This document shows, one piece after another, positions 55,591 through 64,000 of a stretch of 64,000 nt of DNA. The translations under genes and the position numbers were made by a program. The notes below the pieces were generated by a model that was not told the origin of the DNA, searched no databases, and saw nothing but the letters and a program-made list of their open reading frames with translations. Each line of letters opens with the position of its first letter. The first letter of the stretch is position 1. This DNA is from Daphnia carinata (Eukaryota), in the NCBI RefSeq assembly GCF_022539665.2, contig NC_081331.1, positions 806,001 through 870,000 on the forward strand, written 5' to 3'.

Positions 55591-57700
55591 TCTGTGCTTT
55601 GATTATTGGAATGTATTTGAATGTTGTTGCGAGCTGAGCTGCTTGTTGATACAATTTGCTGATATGACTGAGTATTTATACCAAATGCATAGCACCAAAC
55701 CCTGCTCTTCTACCTCGTCGATGTCACTTATCAACCCTGGAACAAATCGCTTGCGGCTTCCAGGGCTCTTAACTCCTCTGTTGGCTCAGGTCGTTTTCGT
55801 AGACTGGTCCATCTAACACATTTGGCCTTTTGAATCGTATACGTCATTAATACACTGGCCATAGTTGAAATTAACGGGGTGGGATTATTCAAGGTAGCCG
55901 TTTCATAAAAAGTTTGTCCGTATCGCCAATGTTTCTAATTTTATACTTGTATACTACTACCGATGTTTAATATTGTGTTGATTGCAGCCTGTCTGAATTT
56001 AGAGAACAGTTGCGGTTGCTGTGGTTTTCTTACCGCATAACTAGTCGTGTAGCGCATCGCTTATGATAACATGTCGTGACAACTTTGATGATGTCATTGT
56101 GTGGCTCCTAAGATATTAAGGAAATCATATGTTCAATGCATGATCTGAAGTATCATTATCAAAGTTGATTGTCAGGTATTCACTGTATCCCTTCATGTAA
56201 ATAGCATAAATGGTAAATTGAGACTTGTGGTATAATTGCGATGCCGAAAGGATGGTATAGATATAAACCAACTGATTATACAGCAAAATATGATGTAGCA
56301 TGCTTCCTTTCCTTTTTCCTTGCTCCTTTCTTAAACAACAGTTTCAAAAACAACCACTTTAATTAGTCCATTTGCTGAGGCGTTCAAAGGCAAAAGTCTA
56401 AAAAGATCTATCGGTGGCCAGTAGCAAGCGAATATCCAATAAGTAAAGAGCAAAACGCAAAAGAGGTTTGTTATACAATTAATCCCTGGCTACTTTTGGC
56501 CGATCGTCAAGTAATGCTACACATTTGTGGCACACATTTTAATTTCTCTTTACCTTCCTCAACTTCATTTTAAAGAGAATTCTTATGATGCTCAAAGTAG
56601 CATGACGACATGTTTGAGCATTTTGATGGATAGAAGAATGATTTTTAAGAAATCTTGCTAAATAACTTAGCAAACCATTTAGTCATATTTTTTGAGTAAA
56701 CTTGGAAAAAGAAATGCACAGCAAGAGCAGGTCATTCATAACGTGCGTCTTCAGTTCTCTCTTGCTCTGGATCAACTAAAACGAAGAAATAAAACACAAG
56801 AAGGCCTCTCTGATCTTGTCTCCCTTCCAGCTATAAGCGCTTAACAAAACGCCACGTCGTTTAAGAAACGAGAGATTTTGATGGTTCAGATATAAGGGCA
56901 CGTAATTGGACTGCCAAGCAAGGTTAGCTGTCACGCACGAAACCTTATCAACTGACATGCCCTTGACACTACTCAGCCAGGAAATTCGACTTTACAGAAA
57001 TGTTTAGTCGTGAGCGTTTCACGATCATTCTTCAAATATATTTCGAAACGAGTAGCAATTGGTTTGTAGTCTCATTTCCATTAAAAATCTAATTTAGCTT
57101 GTCGGCTGTGTAGTAACAGTCTGTTCGAAGTTCCATTAGCCTATCATTCGTAAGTGAAATCAAATGGCACAAGACATTCGTAAAACTAATTAATTTGAGC
57201 CTTCATATAAACAGAGGCCAAGGGGAAACGTTAAGAGAAAATCCTTGGTGCTGCTACTTTCAGAGAATATGGTCCGCTTCTGCGTAATATTTCTGTCAAG
57301 AAGATTAACAAGGGCAAATAATCTACGACATTAACCTTGATGCACTGAGAAACTGTGATAGACAGGTGAGACGTCCAGTCCTACGAATCGTTATGGTTTA
57401 AAGGACTCTAAGCTGATGTCATAGGACGTTGATGGAAGATCCGTCAGACTAGAAGACCCTGTAAACCAATTACTTGTAGATGAATAAGTTAATGCAAAGC
57501 ATAAAGTTGTCTAGTCAAAATGATATATGAATGCGTAAAAGTGTATTAAAAATCAAAGTTCATTTTGTTGAACTTTTAAGGAATAAAAAGAACACATAAA
57601 TATAAATCCGATAAGTTATTTTAATCGTAGAATTGAGCAGGAGAGAACTTGAGGTCATAAGATGTGAGGTAGGAGTTAATAAGCTTGAATTTTACGTTTT

Positions 57701-58394
57701 TTATGACGTGCAGGTTGAGAAACCAGTAGTGCTGCTACAGGTGGCAGTCAGCTTTGACGTAGAGGTAGAAGTCGATGTAACCGTCACAGTGGCCGTGCCA
57801 AATGCCAAGAAAATCCGACTAAGTGGCACAGCCGAATGAATATTATTGTAACCTAATTCAGGTGTATAATAAGCTCCGAATGTAGGTTGAATGGCATAGG
57901 GGATAGTGGGTTGCACTTCCATTTGTCTCGGGCTACGGATCGCTTCAGTCTCGGAGCTAAATGCAAACAACATTTTCATGTTTGGGTTAAGCATTTCGGT
58001 AATATAAATCAATTTCTTACGTATGCGATGCCAATGAAACGCTTCCATCTTCCACATCATCTTCTTTTTCTTCATAGAGGAGACCGCGAGGATTGCGGAC
58101 GCCAAGCTCATCACGGCGTCTGCGTCCGGCCGTGCAAGTGCTAAGGGTCGTTGATGACGTTGTACAAGTGGTCACGGTTGTAGCGGTTGCGGTGACCGTT
58201 GTTGTCGACACCGTGTACGTGAACGTGGTAAAGAGTCCGCTGAAGAAGAAGCGGCTGTCTTGTTGTTGGCGATTCATCATGGGATAGCCGGGGAAAACAT
58301 ACGGACTGTTTGGATGCTGGTAGTGTTGAGCCTCTCCAAATGTCACGATGGCAATTAGGGCCACAATTAAACAGGACGATATAATCAGACGCAT
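57701..58394 (-). CDS. Secreted Thr-rich double Cys-loop precursor, copy 14 (divergent)
   Basis: Signal peptide; QDSR-FFF; CTTSSTTLSTCTAGRRRR; ends CSSTTGFSTCTS* with no terminal Gly. Confidence 0.85.
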
Positions 58395-60503
58395 CTTTCA
58401 AAACAATAAAAAAAGGATGACTTGATGCTAAAAAGGAATTAATTTCAAACGGGATAGGAGCCAGGAAGCGACTGTACCTACTTGCGAGGGATGTTTCCAC
58501 CTTTATATACTCCTGTAACCCCAACGTCAGGGTTGTTTTGGGGTTAGGGTAATTCTAATTACCTTCTGTAGACCTGATATTTTATCAAATATTTGTAAGA
58601 AAATCACGATTTTTACCTCATTTTTGAGTTACCAATGGCCAAAGGGCAATATATTCCATCAAAATCTAAAAAGACATCAAAAATCATTCTACTTCAACCC
58701 CCATCATTATTCATCATTCCGAAACCCTCTCCATCAACCCCTCAAATTCAGCCTCCTTTGATGAGGGTGAATGCCATGAATCTCTCGTCACGTTAAAACT
58801 GAATTTGTTGAAGACCTAGACGCTTCACGCTATCCAAGTCCGTCACGTATACTGCACCCTATATGATAGTTATAAAGCCACAATTCGATAAAGTTTTATT
58901 ATAGAGAAAATCAGTAGGAATCATAGCCAACCAGCAATGAAACCATGTGCCCTCTATATGTTAGCCTTACTTTGCATTTTAGGCCACGCACAGATAACTC
59001 CCGAATGGCAAATATGCGGATGGCGCTGCTTTACTGGATACATTTAACGGAACCTGAAGGTTAAAACAGGGTGATATTATCTTGTGCCTCTAGTATGATT
59101 CGATTTTAATTTCATCCCTCTAGCAGCATCATTTTAAATCCTTTTTCATTGTTTCTATAGGCATTTTTGAGTTCATCGGTCTCTATTACGTGAGCAGGTA
59201 TAGCCAGTAGGCTAAGGTGCAACAATAATTGACTTCCCTTTGATTGATTAGTTGGTTTCATGGCAGAAGCTAACTAGAAGGCCAATCTCATGTTGAGGGA
59301 GTGGCTGTTTCTTTTTGATTTTTCGAATACGCGTTCGACTCACATTCAAATAATTTCCTTCATTATGTGCCAAGTGGCAGACATGCGTATCAAGTGCGAT
59401 GAACTTTAGAAACCCTTGGCTATCAATCAGTCGGCAATCAAAATGAGGGGGGGGGGGGCTTCCTACGGCATGTGCGGTGTATCAAGGCCAAGGCGATGAA
59501 AGATGTAGCATTAAGGTTGACTGGACGTAGTTATACCAACCATATCACTGACATCAAGCAGAAAGGCAAATTTTGATTACCTCTCCTCCCTGATCATGTT
59601 TGATTCTTTAGTTGAATCATAGCTGAGACACAAATCAAACTAGAAAATTTGCTTGTAATTTTATGCAATAGGTCAGGTTGCAAGCAATGCCTTCGAGCCG
59701 GACTACTTCGATAAGTGTATATGTTTTTTCTGGAATTTTCGAACTTTAAATTAAATAGGGCGGGCCAGCGGACATGGTTAATCTTTATGGACTTTTGCCC
59801 AGTCCGGAAGTGCAGTGAATCCAAGATGCATCATAAAACGTATCATAACTTCCTGACTCGCTATTGCCCAAAATAGTTCACGAGGGCATTAGTTTTTCTT
59901 TAACTTTACAGCTTTCCGTGTGCTCGAATGATACAGAATGCACTCCGATTTATTACTTTCATTGATTAATTTCCCTCCATACTTGTGTTTTATCGTCCAT
60001 TGGCAACGTTTAAAAATGCAACTAGCAAAAGGAACACACATAAGGTCCTATCGCGATAGTTATTTGGGTATTATCGTCAAAGCCCAAAACTGACGGTTGC
60101 ATTAGCATTTAATCTTTTACGCAAACTTATTGAGCACCAGGATTACCTTGAAGCTAAAGGCCTGTGAAAATCAGCAATCATTATGTGCCTACCCTGTATT
60201 ACTTAGGATCGGAAAGATTAAGATATCTCTGGATTACATTTTATTGGAATGAAGGTCAAAAAGGATTGAATAAATATTAATCCTTTAATTCCCCATTCAG
60301 CTGGATTATGATAATAGCGTGGTTAAGGGATTTACGAGACATTGGAGAGGAGACATCCCCATTTTAAAATATGTGCAAAACAGTACGTCACAGATAATAA
60401 AATATCGATGAGAACTGGATCAGATGATCATTCGAACTTGATCTGCTGATACAACAAGTTGTCGTTTCCTCTTTGGCTGGCCTCACACGATCCTGTTTCC
60501 AAA

Positions 60504-61166
60504 ATGGAAATCGCATCCTTTAGTGCTACGCAAAGTGTTATATGCAACAAACTCTCCAAAGTGGGACCAACCGGATCGGTAAGAGCTCTATCGCAAGTCG
60601 TCCTGAGAACAGCATCCGCTCGTTTAACCACGTTCCAGAGATGGGAAAGATCGCTGAGTTCTCCGTCGCCCCAGGTACGCATCAAAGCCACTTTAGCCGC
60701 AACACTCAAGATGTCCCGCACCCCTATATCACTATATTTTTATCAATTTCCTTGTCTTTATTGACAGGCCTTATCGATGGCAGGTTTTATCTACCGCGGA
60801 TTGGCAGATCAGACTCAATGTATTTCATGCTTGATTGTCCTTTCACGATGGACGACGGAACACGATCCTGACTTTGAACATCGCAGACATTCTCCAGCAT
60901 GCGAATTTGTGCTGAATAGACAAAGCGAATCCGCAAATCGTATACAATCCTCTTCAATTCGATCGCTGACATCTGTTAACAAGGATGTTAGCCAATTGTC
61001 AGAGGCTTCACTTTGTAAAATATGTTACACTCAAGACATGTCCATTCTTTTTCGTCCTTGCGGACATCTCCTGACTTGTAAAACATGTGCTGATCAGTTA
61101 TCCAATTGCCCTATTTGCCGCTGTCCTATTTTCGAGACAATCCGTGCTTTTGTTTCTTTTGAATAA
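60504..61166 (+). CDS. Inhibitor of apoptosis protein, single BIR plus C-terminal RING, two exons
   Basis: ARLTTFQRW...PQ|ALSMAGFIYRGLADQTQC-x2-C-x16-H-x6-C (BIR), then CKICY...LFRPCGHLLTCKTCADQLSNCPICR (IAP-type RING). Confidence 0.88.
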
Positions 61167-61311
61167 GTTTCATCATTTTCTTTGTATCTCTAGTCCAACG
61201 TTTACAACGAGCTTTGTCTTGAATTGCACTGTGCTTTTTTTGCGATAGTAGTTTATAAATAGGTCATACATTAACAGCATTATTGACTAACAAACAAAAT
61301 GGAAGTGAATA

Positions 61312-62338
61312 TCAATATTTTAACGTCAGCGAAAAATAGACAATAAACGCCGATACAAATAGAAAACAATTTACTAAAGGCAGAGATCGATAGATATACG
61401 TAAAAACCGCGGCGTTCCATGGCGACATTTCCTCCAAACGAATGGCAGAGTTTAATCCAGCTACCAAAGAGAACAGTTGAATGACGTAGGGTAGACTCAA
61501 CGTTAGCCACGTCAGAAACGCTATTTGAGACACCTGTTCAGTGGACGAAGTAATTGTACAGTGACGTAAAACGATTGATTAATTCAATTTTTTTCAGAAT
61601 AATACCGTGGAGATGATGACATGGAAAAGTCTTCTATGATGATCTTTGTAAAGTAAGAGTTTCCCATTAATGCACAGCTCTCTTTCGTGCTTCAACACTT
61701 GCATTTGACGGTGGCAAGTTGTCAGGATGTGCGGCATTCGCTTAACGGTTAGAGTTATTGGCCGGAGATAGAAGAAGAGAATCCAAAAGAAACTGATCAT
61801 GGTTTCGTCCAGCTTCGCAGATGGGGAAGCTTTAAAAAAACACCTGTACAACCAAGAATTTTTGCGCAATTAAAAATGGGAAAGCGTAAAATGTGAGCTG
61901 CATTACATTTGAAATGCGGAGCTGTAATGGTAGAGGTTCCATGCTGCTAAAGATGATATTGTAGAAACAATCCAGGTTCTCATAATTACCATGTGCACGG
62001 GTCGGTTTTCATAGAGCCTGAATTGATGCTCAGCCATACGCTTCCTTCCGATTTGACTTCGGTATAACGAATCAAATCCCAATGTCAAAGAGAACAGAGC
62101 TGTGCGGAGATAAAAAAAAGGTAACATAAAATGAAATTGTGAATCTCCGATGACCTTTCCTTACTCAGGATGCCATTCCACCGGCAAAGTTCACAGTCTT
62201 CTTTTGGATTGTATGCACCGACAAGGGCTAAAATGCCATTTGAAAAGCAAAAAAATAACAGGTACACATTGGCTTCGTTAGGCCAATACAAAGCCAGACC
62301 AAGGATAAGGAATCCATAGAAAACCAGGGCGGTCAACT
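61312..62338 (-). CDS. Divergent multi-pass membrane protein, rhodopsin-like 7TM candidate (5' end unresolved)
   Basis: Four frame-consistent exons give about 7 hydrophobic segments: LTALVFYGFLILGLALY / NVYLLFFCFSNGILALVG / CRWNGILTLFSLTLGFDSLY / VIMRTWIVSTISSLAAW / MISFFWILFFYLRPITL / VSQIAFLTWLTLSLPYVI / YIYRSLPLVNCFLFV. Confidence 0.55.
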
Positions 62339-63119
62339 CTGTAAGAAATGTGTTTGAGTACAATTATTAAGGTTATCTAATTAGATGCGGATTATTCTAT
62401 ATTCGCAGACTCCCAATGTCTTTGCTGGAACACAGTATTTTAAAAACTATTTTTATGGCATTGAATTAACTGTTTTGCTGTTACCTCAGAGAAAACTCTT
62501 TCGTGGCACAGCGGAAGGAAAATCAAATTCTAAATGTAGAAACAATGCATCCAATTTCGGTTGGTTACGATATTCATTGCTTCTACTAGTAGTATATAGG
62601 AAAAATAGATCAACATTTCGATTTCACTACCTATAGTTGTTATTAGGTTATTCGGCTACTGTTCCATTCACTACAGATAAACATAAGATTAGAAAATGAT
62701 GCCAAAAATTCAATCGTATTCTTCTTTTGATACAGTAGGATACACAATTGTAAGGAAATAATCATCATCATATTCCGTCGAGAGAAAACAAAAATAACAG
62801 AAACTTATCGCCAAACACAAACTGAAACAAAACAGAAATTTGACACTCACCCAGCACACATGCGATTTGATCGTATTCCATCCCTCGTACTGACTTTGAG
62901 TGAATGGTTTGTTTTCAAAGCATTGACTATGCGAGCAGGCTGTGGCAAATTGGTTTACACGAAGGGAACGAAGCCTAACAACCGGAAGGAGCCTATGATT
63001 CCATTCCGCAAAGAACGTGAATGTTACTCGGCAGCACGCCGCTAACTGACTAAAGTCAACCAATACAACTGCGACACTTTTCCATTATGCAAAACAACTA
63101 AAGGCCACACAAAGCTTTA

Positions 63120-64000
63120 TCACGCCATCGACGTTTTATATAGCGACCAAACACCTTCGTTGAGTAGACTGTTTAAAAAGGCACGGCTAATCAATCCACA
63201 CTTCTCCCATTGCTCCAGCAACGCCAGTGTAGTTCCGCTTTCGCTTGGAATTTCCATAAGATTCTCTTTATTGCTAGAAAGAAAAACAAAAAATCGATAA
63301 ACAACCAAACCTACAACAACTTCTTTTTTTTTAACCACAAACTGAAAGCGCAATTTGATTACCTCGCTCCAAACTCCAAGTGAGAACGAGCAAATTGGAT
63401 TAAGAGACTGCAGCATGCCTGTGTGCTAGCAGAGCCCAGGTGACGAAACAATGTAGCACTTCCGATCACAAAGGGTGTGCCGTCCACGCCGTCCTGAGGG
63501 CGTTTCGACACTAGACTAGCAAGTTGTTTGCTATACGTAAACTTGTGTAAGTTCGACACGATAAACAAAAGCAATAAATGAGGTATGTAGGGTAACTCGA
63601 GACTATGTGTAGCAACGTAAATCTTCTCGAATGGCTCATAGAGGCCCGACCAATGTAAATACTCTGCCAACTCGGGAAGCAATGACGTGGAAATCGAACT
63701 CGAGGTTTTGTCGCGACGCACCACGTCGTTTACTACTGATCTAGAATTCACAATGCAGTTCGTATTAGATTATGAATCACGTTGCTAGCGGAACGTATTG
63801 ACTAAACAATCGCATCTTACAAGCTGAGAGTTTCCAATGCTTGCCAAAGAAGTCCGGAATCGAACGATGCGGTTGATTTTAGTTGTTGTGAGCACGATCG
63901 CCTCAGCAGCTGTAGTTGGCCAATTTTCAGCACACGATCGAGGAGCGTCTGAAAAGACTTTTGGAAACGCGTGCAGTAAGCTCCATATGTTTTACTTGGC
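63120..64000 (-). CDS. WASHC5: Strumpellin / WASH complex subunit 5, 3' part (gene runs off the window)
   Basis: DSGLLWQALETL, LLPELAEYLHWSGLYEPFEKIYV, KFTYSKQLASLVSKRPQDGVDGTPFVIG resemble the strumpellin C-terminus; last exon ends ...LYKTSMA* at 63120. Confidence 0.85.

Noticed and set aside
38884..55816. Val-rich ORFs antisense to the array genes (e.g. 38884..39111, 40142..40333, 52980..53396, 55394..55816)
   Set aside because: They are reverse-strand shadows of poly-Thr codons; the signal peptides, introns and TATA boxes belong to the other strand.
28861..58394. Labelling the array as mucins or chitin-binding cuticle proteins
   Set aside because: The Thr runs are short and Pro-poor, with no R&R consensus or six-Cys peritrophin domain; similarity to mucins would be compositional only.
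57701..62338. Idea that the 7TM-like gene is the receptor for the array peptides
   Set aside because: Proximity is the only support, an IAP gene lies between them, and animal ligand and receptor genes are not usually linked.
62710..63063. 117-aa minus-strand ORF
   Set aside because: It lies just past the strumpellin stop codon and has no motifs; probably 3' UTR or intergenic.

Overview
Gene-dense eukaryotic DNA with many short (mostly ~55-110 bp) GT-AG introns. The compact layout and protein content point to a small crustacean, probably Daphnia-like (inference). The left part (1-27.3 kb) holds a GLUT-type sugar transporter, a ZMYND11/8-like chromatin reader, a Tom7 gene missed by the ORF track, SLC35E2, FoxL2, beta'-COP, a C2orf76/UPF0538 homolog and a 213-aa orphan gene. 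The spliced N-terminus of that orphan resembles the Scm3/HJURP/CAL1 CENP-A-binding motif. From 28.9 to 58.4 kb lies a tandem array of 14 two-exon paralogs that I cannot assign to a named family. Each encodes a secreted precursor: signal peptide, Arg-hydrophobic start, Thr-rich run, C-x9-C, G-RRRR, a short spacer peptide, an acidic linker, then a second Thr-rich C-x8-C module usually ending in G-K. This suggests proteolytic processing into amidated disulfide-loop peptides. A cyclin B gene with an apparent 1-nt frameshift sits inside the array. The right end has a single-BIR+RING IAP, a divergent 7TM-like gene and the 3' end of strumpellin (WASHC5). A TAAGCCCGAC-rich repeat family (foldback/MITE-like) occurs three times. 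All gene models were spliced by eye; no database search was run.
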